A stretch of 54,690 nt of DNA from Patescibacteria group bacterium (GCA_022564195.1 JADFLW010000008.1:1-54690); one strand, 5' to 3'. Shown: positions 37,246-45,445, counted from the first letter of the stretch. A program made the numbers and translations. The notes: generated by a model from the letters alone, not told the origin.

Positions 37246-38349
37246 ATGATCTCGCTGTCGTTGCTTCCTCGACTTTTCCTTTATCCGTTTCTCGTGTCAT
37301 CAGTCCTTGCGTTTATCGCTACCTTTATGGTTAGAGCTATTTATCTCCGGCGCGGGTGGTTAGATGACCCAGCGGCTCAAAAGCATCCTAAGGTCATTCA
37401 TACCTACCCAACGCCCCGGGGTGGGGGAGTTGCGATTTTTGCGGCTTTCATGCTATCAACGTTTCTTTTCCTTGGTTTTGATAAGCATACCGTTGGAATT
37501 TTGCTTGGTGGCTTGCTTCTGACCATCGTTGGTTTCTTTGACGATCGGAGGGATCTCAGCCCCTATTTTCGATTGATACTCGGCTTTGTTGCGGCTGGTT
37601 TTGTTGTTGCAAGCGGCATTGGCATTGCTTTTATTACGAATCCTTTCGGTGGAATTATTCATCTCGATTGGCCGCAGATCTCTTTTTCTCTTCTTGGAGA
37701 GCAACGCTCAATCTGGGTTATCTCGGATCTTTTTGCTTTGTTGTGGATCGTGTGGAGCATGAACATGGTCAATTGGTCCAAAGGTGTTGATGGACAACTG
37801 CCAGGAATTGTCGTGGTTGCTGCCCTTGTCATTGCCCTTCTGTCATTTCGTTTTACAGAAGATGTTACTCAGTGGGAAGTTTCTATCTTTGCTGCCCTCA
37901 CCGCGGGGTCGTATTTCGGATTCTTGCCTTGGAATTTCTATCCGCAGAAAATCATGCCCGGGTATGGCGGTGGGTCGCTTGCCGGGTACTTGTTGGCAAC
38001 CTTGGCAATTTTGTCAGGAGCAAAAGTGGCAACTGCAATTATAGTGCTTGGTATTCCGACAATGGATGCTTTGTATACCATACTTCGCAGAGTTGCGAGC
38101 GGGCGGTCGCCAGTTTGGGGAGATCGGGGCCACTTTCACCATCTCCTCTTGGACTTGGGGTGGAGTAAACCCAGAGTGGCCGTTTTCTACTGGATTGTGA
38201 GCGCGCTTTTGGGGCTGCTGGCGCTTGGATTGAATGCTCAACAAAAATTCTATACAATCGTGGCACTCGCCGTGATTGTCGGGGGAATGATTCTATGGCT
38301 CAGATTCTTCGTCTTATTCTCGAAAGCGCAAGGCCGCGGCAGTGGTTGA
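37246..38349 (+). CDS. polyprenyl-phosphate N-acetylhexosamine-1-phosphate transferase (MraY/WecA family, WecA/TagO-like)
   Basis: HPKVIHTYPTPRGGGVAIF, FFDDRRDL and NMVNWSKGVDGQ motifs, about 10 TM helices. I take the ATG at 37246. Confidence 0.85.
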   Translation: MISLSLLPRLFLYPFLVSSVLAFIATFMVRAIYLRRGWLDDPAAQKHPKVIHTYPTPRGGGVAIFAAFMLSTFLFLGFDKHTVGILLGGLLLTIVGFFDDRRDLSPYFRLILGFVAAGFVVASGIGIAFITNPFGGIIHLDWPQISFSLLGEQRSIWVISDLFALLWIVWSMNMVNWSKGVDGQLPGIVVVAALVIALLSFRFTEDVTQWEVSIFAALTAGSYFGFLPWNFYPQKIMPGYGGGSLAGYLLATLAILSGAKVATAIIVLGIPTMDALYTILRRVASGRSPVWGDRGHFHHLLLDLGWSKPRVAVFYWIVSALLGLLALGLNAQQKFYTIVALAVIVGGMILWLRFFVLFSKAQGRGSG

Positions 38350-39236
38350 AAAATTTCGCTTTGTTTGCAGCCCTTGTTTTCTCTGGACAACTCTTCTATT
38401 CGGAATCGCTTTCTCGTGTCATCCTCGCCTTTTTCATCTTTTCTCTTTTGACCTCATCTGTGTATTTGTTTAATGATGTGGTTGATCTCCCAATGGATCG
38501 GCGTCATCCATTCAAAAAGCATCGACCTATTCCTTCTGGAAAGTTGCCTCTTCCGCTTGCACTTTTTGTTGCTGTTTCGGGCTTCTTTCTCTCGCTTTCA
38601 CTGGCTCGGGAAATTTCATTTTTCTTCTTTCTTTCTGCTCTTTCCTATTTGATCATCCATATCGTCTACACGCTATGGATGAAACATGTTCCGATTTTGG
38701 ATCTTTTGGCAATTGCAACTGGTTTTATCATTCGTGTATATGCCGGAGCTCTGGTCATTAATGTCCATATGAATGTTTGGTTTCTCTTGACTGTCGTCTC
38801 TCTTTCTCTGTTTTTGGCGGTTGGGAAACGACAAAGCGAACGCACGCTTTTGGTTGGCCAAGGAGAGGAGCTCTCAAAACACCGAATGACACTCGTTGGT
38901 TATAGTCCGAGATTGCTTGATGTGTACACCAGTATGTTTGCGAATGCGACATGGATCACCTATGCTCTTTTTACCTTTTTGCAACCACAGCCCATTTTTA
39001 CCCGACCGCTTGTGGTTGGCATTTTGGCGGAGCTTCCCCATACGTTCGTGACACAAAAATGGCTGATGGTAAGCGTGCCCATTGTTGTCTATGGTGTCAT
39101 GCGCTACCTTCAGCTTATTTATGAAAAAAATGAAGGCGAGAGTCCCGACACGGTTCTTCTTTCAGACAAGCCGCTTCTTGCAGCCGTTGTCCTGTGGGGG
39201 ATAACGGTCATCACTATCGTTTATGGAATTGGCTGA
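38295..39236 (+). CDS. UbiA-family decaprenyl-phosphate phosphoribosyltransferase-like enzyme
   Basis: ARPRQWLKNFALFAALVFSG N-terminus and an NDxxDxxxD motif (FNDVVDLPMDRRH), as in Rv3806c-type enzymes. The annotated start overlaps the upstream gene by 55 nt, so the start is uncertain. Confidence 0.75.
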   Translation: MAQILRLILESARPRQWLKNFALFAALVFSGQLFYSESLSRVILAFFIFSLLTSSVYLFNDVVDLPMDRRHPFKKHRPIPSGKLPLPLALFVAVSGFFLSLSLAREISFFFFLSALSYLIIHIVYTLWMKHVPILDLLAIATGFIIRVYAGALVINVHMNVWFLLTVVSLSLFLAVGKRQSERTLLVGQGEELSKHRMTLVGYSPRLLDVYTSMFANATWITYALFTFLQPQPIFTRPLVVGILAELPHTFVTQKWLMVSVPIVVYGVMRYLQLIYEKNEGESPDTVLLSDKPLLAAVVLWGITVITIVYGIG

Positions 39237-39266
39237 AGATTTTTGAAGCGGTATCCTTGTATCGTC

Positions 39267-40157
39267 TTATTTGTATATCTTTGCGTATCGACCTGAAATC
39301 CAGCCTTCTGTTCCATCGGGGAGAGTGATCTTGTGCCAACCCGTATCGTTGGATTCCAGATACGGATAGGTCTCGCCGGGATTTAGCTTGGTGATTTCGT
39401 TGTCCTCAGCGGTTGTGGGGGCGGATCTTACCCTTAGCCATCCGGTTGGCGTATCAAGAATCTCCACGTAGGGGGTTTTTATCTCGGCTGAAGGAGTGGC
39501 GGTTTTGGAGGTTGCTTTGGTGGAGGAAGGAGTCTTTGACTCAACCTCTTCTTCTGCTGAGGTTTGGGCGCTCGGAGTTGCTTCTTGTGTTAGCAAGGCT
39601 TCCTTGGGAAGTTGGACTTCAACAGTCAACCTATGTCCTTTCACCGCCTTAATATCAACCCTACGTTGTTTGTACCCTGGCGCTGAAACCAAGAGTGCGT
39701 GATCGCCGGCTACGGCGTTCTTTATCTTAAGAGGCGAAAAGCCTTTTGGTTGGCCATCGATTTTTACTGACGCATTGTCTGGGATTGACACCACCGCGAT
39801 TTCAACAGCCTCGCTGTTTGCTAGTTCTGTGAGGCTTAAAATCTCACCGCCGATGGACTGCCTATCTGGTGCGAATTCGAAGTTTATGACTGTCGTGATG
39901 CTGGGTTGAAGCGTTACCGTTCTTTCCCAACTCACCAACCCTTCCTCTTTGGGCACCAATCGAACTGTGTAATCCTGAGCTTTTAATTTTTCACTTTTAA
40001 ATGGGGTCTCTCCAACCCTTTCGTCGTTCAAGAAAACCTCTGCTGTGGGGGTTGTTGTTATCTGGAGCGCTGCGTATTTGGCTCGCAAGAAACCGGGTAG
40101 CGTGCATCCCGTGAAGGTTAGCGCAGCGATTGCCAGAAAGGTAATTTTCCTTATCAT
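39267..40157 (-). CDS. lipoprotein with two PEGA-like domains and a C-terminal bacterial SH3 domain
   Basis: Lipobox LTFTGC. PEGA-like segments (ITTTPTAEVFLNDERVGETPF; VVSIPDNASVKIDGQPKGFSPL). SH3b-like tail (GWLRVRSAP...GWISGRYAKI). Confidence 0.6.
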   Translation of the reverse strand: MIRKITFLAIAALTFTGCTLPGFLRAKYAALQITTTPTAEVFLNDERVGETPFKSEKLKAQDYTVRLVPKEEGLVSWERTVTLQPSITTVINFEFAPDRQSIGGEILSLTELANSEAVEIAVVSIPDNASVKIDGQPKGFSPLKIKNAVAGDHALLVSAPGYKQRRVDIKAVKGHRLTVEVQLPKEALLTQEATPSAQTSAEEEVESKTPSSTKATSKTATPSAEIKTPYVEILDTPTGWLRVRSAPTTAEDNEITKLNPGETYPYLESNDTGWHKITLPDGTEGWISGRYAKIYK

Positions 40158-40261
40158 ACGCGAGCTATGATAGCAAAAATGTTCCTCTGGAACAACAACC
40201 GAGGGGTTGACAAATTTTCAGCGTGATCAGAGGCGGGGTAAGCGGGGTTTTCTTGCTTTTC

Positions 40262-40270
40262 TGATATAAT
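40262..40270 (+). promoter_or_regulatory. extended -10 element (TGATATAAT) placed to drive tRNA-Cys
   Basis: TGnTATAAT at 40262..40270, 11 nt before the tRNA 5' end. No good -35 hexamer. Confidence 0.4.
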
Positions 40271-40281
40271 TCATCTTGGAA

Positions 40282-40355
40282 GGCCGGATGGCGAAGTGGC
40301 CCAACGCTGTGGTCTGCAAAACCACTATTCGCGGGTTCGAATCCCGCTCCGGCCT
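40282..40355 (+). tRNA. tRNA-Cys (anticodon GCA)
   Basis: Folded by hand. Acceptor stem GGCCGGA/TCCGGCC; anticodon stem GTGGT/ACCAC with loop CTGCAAA; T arm GCGGG-TTCGAAT-CCCGC. Discriminator U73, as expected for tRNA-Cys. CCA is not encoded. Confidence 0.9.
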
Positions 40356-40469
40356 CCTTCCGTTGTTCCTTCTTGTTTTTCGCCTTTTCTTTGGTCATAA
40401 TTGACGCATGTACAGAGATCCTCGGGGTGGGCATAATAGGAAAGGGGTGAATGAAAATTTCTTCAAATC

Positions 40470-41123
40470 ATGGTCTCCACAAATGGCGTTCTGGGACTAA
40501 TCTTCGCTGATGGTGCTGTAGAGGATGTTCGCCAATCATCCAGGACTTGTTACGTACATCTATCAAGTAAAGATAAATCGCTTCTAAAACAAGTTCTTGC
40601 GGTGCTTTCTTCGAACCATTCTCTTTATAGACGCGAACCGCGTGTTTTTTCTATTAAAGGCAGAATCTGTTACGGTTCCGAAATCTTTTACTTGCGTATA
40701 GGCAATAAAGTTATGTTTCAAGACTTGTTAGAGAAGGGGGTTAAGCCCAGAAAGTCGTTAACCATGAAGTTGCCAAATATTCCTGAGGGCCACTTTAGTT
40801 TCTTCCTGCGAGGGTATTTTGACGGCGATGGATGCGTTAATGTCTATGTTCCAAAAAGGAGAAGTCAGCCGAATATCCAAGTCATCTTCACTAGTGGCAG
40901 CTTAGAGTTTTTGAAAAGTCTTATGGAAAAACTGAACTACTTTCTTGGGATTTCTAGAAAGAAAATCTTCAAAAACTGTCGCGCCTTCAGACTCTCCTAT
41001 AAAAACAATGACAGTTTAAAAATACTCGCATTTATATATAAAGATCTTTCTAAAGCGCCTTACTTGAAAAGTAAATATGCTGTTTACAAAGACCTCATTG
41101 AACACTTAGATGTCTCAAGATAG
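40470..41123 (+). CDS. double-motif LAGLIDADG homing endonuclease (free-standing)
   Basis: Two LAGLIDADG motifs: LGLIFADGA (aa 8-16) and FLRGYFDGDG (aa 112-121). The 217-aa size is typical of monomeric enzymes. Confidence 0.8.
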   Translation: MVSTNGVLGLIFADGAVEDVRQSSRTCYVHLSSKDKSLLKQVLAVLSSNHSLYRREPRVFSIKGRICYGSEIFYLRIGNKVMFQDLLEKGVKPRKSLTMKLPNIPEGHFSFFLRGYFDGDGCVNVYVPKRRSQPNIQVIFTSGSLEFLKSLMEKLNYFLGISRKKIFKNCRAFRLSYKNNDSLKILAFIYKDLSKAPYLKSKYAVYKDLIEHLDVSR

Positions 41124-41142
41124 CGAATCTCGCCGTGGCCTC
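41124..41142 (+). repeat. degenerate direct repeat of the tRNA-Cys 3' end
   Basis: cgaatctcgccgtggcctc versus tRNA cgaatcccgctccggcctc (40338..40356): 15 of 19 identical. It begins right after the endonuclease stop codon. Confidence 0.5.
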
Positions 41143-41240
41143 AGATTAGCGTTTAGCCCTTCGACAGATTCGACAAATTCACTGCAAGCAAGCTCAGGGT
41201 AAATGATTAGGGTAGAAGATACGGAAAGAAGAAGGGTTTA

Positions 41241-42296
41241 CTACGCTTGTCCAACATTTATTGCTTGTTCGACCAACCGATTCGCGTAGCCCCATTCGTT
41301 GTCGTACCAGGCTAAAACTTTGACCAAGTCGCCGTCGATGACTTGCGTGAAGGATAAATCGACGATGGCTGATTCGGAGCGGCCGATGATATCACTTGAA
41401 ACCAGTGGTTCTTCCGTTGTTGCAACAATCCCTTTCCAGCGAGGCTCTTGCTCGGCATCTTTGAAGGCTTGATTCACTTGGTTCACCGTTACTTTTCTGC
41501 TCACCACACACACTAGATCGGAAATGGAACCGACGATCACCGGGACTCTGACGGACACGCCGTCGAATACCCCTTCAAGTTCTGGAATGGTCTTGGTGGT
41601 TGAAATCGCAGCGCCGGTGGTTGTGGGGATGATATTTTGGGCAGCGGCACGGGCGCGACGAAGATCCTTGTGCGAGTTATCTTGCAACCTTTGGCTGTCC
41701 GTATAGCCATGGATCGTTGTTAGCGTTGCTTTTTTGACACCAAACTTCGAGTGTACTATCGCCATGACTGGGGCCACGCAATTTGTTGTGCAGGATGCGA
41801 TATCGGCGATGTCTCCCTCTCCCTGATATTCATTCACCCCTAAGACGAAGGTGCCGATATTGCCGCCTTTGCTGGGAGCTGAGATCAACACTTTCTTTGC
41901 GCCAGCCTTAAGGTGCGCAGAGGCTAACTCATGGGTTTTAAATATTCCGGTTGACTCGATGACCACGTCTATCTGGTACTCAGCCCAGGGAAGTTTGGCG
42001 GGGTCTCTTTGTGCTAACACTGGAATTTTTTTATCTTTGACGAGGATGTATCCGATGAGGGGGTCTTGATCGCTAGCATCCTTGGGGTTTCTCACTTCTT
42101 CCAGGTTCACCTCTTCTTTCAACGGACCGTAGGCTGTGTCGTATTTTAGAAGATGTGCCCAACCGGCAACGGGCATCGACCCTGAAGTGTTGATGGCAGC
42201 AATATCAAGTTTCTCTTGCAGATCTTGTCTTGCAAGCCAGACTCGCATAGTTAATCTACCGATGCGGCCGAATCCGTTGATTGCGATGGCTATCAT
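41241..42296 (-). CDS. gap: type I glyceraldehyde-3-phosphate dehydrogenase
   Basis: INGFGRIGR and ASCTTNCVAP active-site motifs; WYDNEWGY near the C-terminus. Confidence 0.92.
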   Translation of the reverse strand: MIAIAINGFGRIGRLTMRVWLARQDLQEKLDIAAINTSGSMPVAGWAHLLKYDTAYGPLKEEVNLEEVRNPKDASDQDPLIGYILVKDKKIPVLAQRDPAKLPWAEYQIDVVIESTGIFKTHELASAHLKAGAKKVLISAPSKGGNIGTFVLGVNEYQGEGDIADIASCTTNCVAPVMAIVHSKFGVKKATLTTIHGYTDSQRLQDNSHKDLRRARAAAQNIIPTTTGAAISTTKTIPELEGVFDGVSVRVPVIVGSISDLVCVVSRKVTVNQVNQAFKDAEQEPRWKGIVATTEEPLVSSDIIGRSESAIVDLSFTQVIDGDLVKVLAWYDNEWGYANRLVEQAINVGQA

Positions 42297-43276
42297 TGTT
42301 TGCTTTCTTTTATGGCTTCTAATCCTACTAATGTCCCTTCTGTCAAATATTGTAGCATTGCGCCGCCTCCCATTGAAATGTGGTCAATTCCATCTTCGGC
42401 ATCAAACTTGGTTGCCGCAGCTTCTGTATCGCCGCCGCCGATGACTGTGTATCCTGGTGCTGCATTTACTGCCTGGGCGATGATTCTGCTTCCCTTGCTG
42501 TGCGCGTCTTCTTCGTAGACCCCCATTGGTCCATTCCAGACGATCGTTCCTGCCTTACTAATTTTTCTTGCGAATGTTCCTGCTGATTCCCCTGTGATGT
42601 CTTTTCCATCCTCAGCGAGTTGCGCGACAGTCATGCATGCCAGCGCCTCAGGCGAGCAGGTGTTGCCCACTTCTTGGGCGATTTTTCCTCCCACCAGTAT
42701 CTCATCGGCAATATTGACGATCTTTTCGATTATCGGAAGTTTTGTTTCCAGCTTTGCTCCACCGATGACGAAAATAACCGGACGGCGGGGGTTTTGCCGA
42801 ACTTTGTCGAGGGCATTTAGCTCTTCTTCGAAGTGGAGACCAATACTAGACGGCAGCAGCTTAGGAAGCGAGACAATTGAGGCATGTTCACGATGCGATA
42901 CGGCGAAGGCGTCGTTGACGAATACATCACCTTTTTCCGCGAGCTCTTTGGCAAAGTCGAGATTGTTTTCCTTCTCTCGGGGGTTGAACCGAAGGTTCTC
43001 TTCGACGTTCAGTGGAGCTCCTTCTGGAAGCAGAGACGAGAGATGCTCTGCGACTGGCTTTACCCTTAAGCTTTCAACGACCTTTCCGCCTGGGCGATTG
43101 ATGTGGCAGAGGATTGTTATCGCTTTTGCTCTGCGGTCAAGCAGCGCGTTTATCGTTGGAAGCGAGGCTTTGATACGCGTGTCATCTGCGACTTTCCCAT
43201 CTTTGAGCGGAACATCATAGTCCGTACGCAGCAACACCCGTTTTCCCTCTACTGCAATCTCTGTTACCGTCTTCAT
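42293..43276 (-). CDS. pgk: phosphoglycerate kinase (compact, ~327 aa)
   Basis: LLRTDYDVPL...DDTRIKASLPTI...NLRF...VNDAFAVSHREHAS...GGAKLETK...WNGPMGVYE...GGGD...SMGGGA. ATGA overlap with gap. I prefer the ATG at 43276 to the GTG at 43294. Confidence 0.85.
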   Translation of the reverse strand: MKTVTEIAVEGKRVLLRTDYDVPLKDGKVADDTRIKASLPTINALLDRRAKAITILCHINRPGGKVVESLRVKPVAEHLSSLLPEGAPLNVEENLRFNPREKENNLDFAKELAEKGDVFVNDAFAVSHREHASIVSLPKLLPSSIGLHFEEELNALDKVRQNPRRPVIFVIGGAKLETKLPIIEKIVNIADEILVGGKIAQEVGNTCSPEALACMTVAQLAEDGKDITGESAGTFARKISKAGTIVWNGPMGVYEEDAHSKGSRIIAQAVNAAPGYTVIGGGDTEAAATKFDAEDGIDHISMGGGAMLQYLTEGTLVGLEAIKESKQ

Positions 43277-43342
43277 CTTCTTCAAGTGTAACACACTTAA
43301 GCATTAGGGCTTAGGGTATGGCGTCTGGGGTTTAGAGGGAAC

Positions 43343-43370
43343 TTGACTTTTGGGATTTGTTTGGTATAAT
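43343..43370 (+). promoter_or_regulatory. near-consensus sigma70 promoter (TTGACT-16 nt-TGgTATAAT)
   Basis: -35 at 43343..43348, extended TG at 43362..43363, -10 TATAAT at 43365..43370. Confidence 0.55.
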
Positions 43371-43380
43371 TTCGCACAAT

Positions 43381-43404
43381 ACCGCCAACATATGGTGGTT
43401 TTTT
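43381..43404 (+). terminator. intrinsic-terminator-like hairpin 1
   Basis: ACCGCCA-acata-TGGTGGT (7 bp with one G-U pair), followed by a T run. Confidence 0.45.
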
Positions 43405-43408
43405 ATTG

Positions 43409-43435
43409 GCTCACCTTCCGGTGAGCTTTTATTTT
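43409..43435 (+). terminator. intrinsic-terminator-like hairpin 2
   Basis: GCTCACC-ttcc-GGTGAGC (7 perfect bp, tetraloop), followed by TTTTATTTT. Confidence 0.6.
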
Positions 43436-43564
43436 CCCACACCAAAAACTTGACTTGCTCTCGTCGGCTATTTAGCCGTGTTCGCATTCAAGTTTTGATG
43501 AGGGACTGCGTTCGTCCTGGCAGAGTGTAGGACTCACTTGTATGCGGCCTGACTACGCCGCGCT

Positions 43565-44290
43565 ATGATACGAAGCATTCGCGAGCCTCTTTTGCAACGC
43601 CTGGTTTCGGGTATTTTTCTTGTGCGCCGCGGGCTCTCTCGCTGGGTAGGGGAGCGGTTTGTTCCCATCAGTCGTTCCCTCTTGTCCGTTGCGGATCTGT
43701 GGCCGAAAACTCGAAAAAGCAATCCCCTTAGCAAACTTGTCCGTCCGTGGTTTGAGCATCAATGGGTGCATGGAATTGTAGGTGTGCATTTAGTCCTGCT
43801 TCTCGCTCTTTTTGGTGTCACTGGTTCGCCTGTCTCCGCAGAATTCCCTTCAGGTTCTGGTGACGCTTCTTCGGAAGTGGAAGTTTCCGTTGTTGCAGCC
43901 CCTAAGGCTGTCGTTATTACCACCAAGCGGCAATTTCAGATGCCTGTTGAACTCACTAGTGTTTCCCAAGGCTTCTATCGTTATCACCCTGGTGTTGATT
44001 TACGGGCGCCGCTTCGATCGGGCGTTCAACCGATCACCGAAGGTGTCGTGAGAGAGGTGATCTATGGCCGCTGGGGATATGGACAGGCTGTCGTTGTCGA
44101 GCACGCGGGCGGGTACTCCTCAATGTATGCCCACGTTGGGAGAATTTTCGTTGAACCTGGATCCGACGTTGATCGTGAATCCGTTATTGCCGAAGTTGGA
44201 ACGACAGGATATTCTACCGGCCCACATTTGCACTTGGAAATCTACGAAGACGGGAATGCCATTAATCCGAAGCCTCTGCTTGGCTACTAA
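43565..44290 (+). CDS. M23-family (LytM/lysostaphin-type) peptidoglycan endopeptidase
   Basis: HPGVDLRAP...GYGQAVVVEH...YAHV...GYSTGPHLHLEI metal-binding motifs. The start is uncertain: no SD, and the TM helix begins only at about aa 68. Confidence 0.8.
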   Translation: MIRSIREPLLQRLVSGIFLVRRGLSRWVGERFVPISRSLLSVADLWPKTRKSNPLSKLVRPWFEHQWVHGIVGVHLVLLLALFGVTGSPVSAEFPSGSGDASSEVEVSVVAAPKAVVITTKRQFQMPVELTSVSQGFYRYHPGVDLRAPLRSGVQPITEGVVREVIYGRWGYGQAVVVEHAGGYSSMYAHVGRIFVEPGSDVDRESVIAEVGTTGYSTGPHLHLEIYEDGNAINPKPLLGY

Positions 44291-44299
44291 TCCGCCTTT

Positions 44300-44323
44300 T
44301 CCCGACGTGACGTCGGGATTCGG
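44300..44323. repeat. palindrome-cored repeat, copy A (intergenic)
   Basis: tcccgacgtgacgtcgggattcgg is identical to 52594..52617. The core hairpin is CCCGACG-tga-CGTCGGG, enclosed by an outer stem ATCCGCC/GGTGGAT (44290..44296 / 44322..44328). Confidence 0.9.
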
Positions 44324-44362
44324 TGGATTTCAGGCTATTTAGGCATTGGTTGAGAAAGGACT

Positions 44363-45091
44363 TCAAGTTCCAACTTTGGTTCCGACATCCTCGCCGAGCA
44401 CGACTCGGGTCAGATTCCCTTTTTTGAAGAGATTGAAGACGATGATTGGAAGGTTGTTTTCCATGCTCAGAGCGAGTGCTGCTGAATCCATGATCTGGAC
44501 ACCTTCTTTTTTGATTGCATCGATATACTTTAGTGTTTTAAAGCGTTTCGCGTTGGGATACTTTCTTGGATCTCTGTCGTAGATGCCATCTACGTTCGTT
44601 GCCTTCAAGAGAATCTCGCATCGCAACTCCAGCGCACGTAAGGCGGCACCCGTGTCTGTGGTAAAGTATGGGCTCCCCACGCCGGCGGCGAGGATGACCA
44701 CCCGTCCTTTTTCCATGTGTCGGATGGCGCGGCGGCGAATGAAGGGCTCGGCGACGGCTTTCATTTCAATTGCGGTTTGGACCCTCGTGTCCGTTCCTGC
44801 CTTTTCCAGCGCATCTTGGAGTGCCACGGCATTGATCACCGTCCCAAGCATTCCCATGTAGTCGGCGGTTGCTCGGTCCAGTCCTTCCTTTTCACCGGTA
44901 AGGCCGCGGAAAATGTTTCCGGCACCGATGGTGAGGGCAATTTGGACCCCGAGCCCGAGGACTTCCTTTATTTGCTGGGCAACTCCCTTTGTCGCATCGA
45001 CATCGATGCCGTACTGTCGCTTTCCCAACAAGGCTTCGCCGCCGATTTTTACCAAAACTCTCTTGTATTTTGGGTGAGTCATCTTTGCCAT
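44363..45091 (-). CDS. pyrH: UMP kinase
   Basis: YKRVLVKIGGEAL...GAGNIFRG...DPRKYPNAK signature. I take the ATG at 45091, with AAGAGGA 7 nt upstream. Confidence 0.9.
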   Translation of the reverse strand: MAKMTHPKYKRVLVKIGGEALLGKRQYGIDVDATKGVAQQIKEVLGLGVQIALTIGAGNIFRGLTGEKEGLDRATADYMGMLGTVINAVALQDALEKAGTDTRVQTAIEMKAVAEPFIRRRAIRHMEKGRVVILAAGVGSPYFTTDTGAALRALELRCEILLKATNVDGIYDRDPRKYPNAKRFKTLKYIDAIKKEGVQIMDSAALALSMENNLPIIVFNLFKKGNLTRVVLGEDVGTKVGT

Positions 45092-45160
45092 TGTATCATC
45101 CTCTTGTGGTTGAACGTAATATCCTATAGTAATTAGCTTGCATCTCAAGATAGAACACGA

Positions 45161-45445
45161 TTAGATACGGATCCGGCTGCGGCGTTTTTCAAGATTGGTA
45201 AAGACTCGAATCAAGCCAAAGGTCATGACCCAAAATGGGAAGTAGGCGATGATGGGGAGAATCACGTTTGAGGGGAGGGTAGTGAGGGTTGTCGTTTCGG
45301 TTGTCTCAAGAGACTCAGCAATTTCATGACGGACAAGGACCCGGGCCTTTTCTGTCGTGAATAACATCCACCAAGACACGAATGAGAAGACGATGGATAA
45401 TGAGAAAATGATAATGGCGTCTCTGGCCGTCAGCAGCGGTCGCAT
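45161..45445 (-). CDS. small hypothetical membrane protein
   Basis: 94 aa, two hydrophobic helices, no recognisable family. Confidence 0.4.
   Translation of the reverse strand: MRPLLTARDAIIIFSLSIVFSFVSWWMLFTTEKARVLVRHEIAESLETTETTTLTTLPSNVILPIIAYFPFWVMTFGLIRVFTNLEKRRSRIRI

Larger units (their letters stand above)
40356..41142 (+). mobile_element. possible homing-endonuclease cassette inserted at the 3' end of tRNA-Cys
   Basis: An AT-rich block carrying only a LAGLIDADG ORF. It is bounded on the left by the tRNA 3' end (40338..40356) and on the right by a 15/19-identical copy of that sequence (41124..41142). Confidence 0.35.

Noticed and set aside
40165-40434. 89-aa minus-strand ORF
   Set aside because: It spans the tRNA-Cys gene on the opposite strand, and the tRNA fold explains the sequence.
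42594-43220. 208-aa ORF antisense to pgk (similar cases at 10066..10653, 26099..26668 and 52770..53291)
   Set aside because: All are embedded opposite confidently identified genes. Their sequences are Ser/Arg/Pro-rich and low-complexity.
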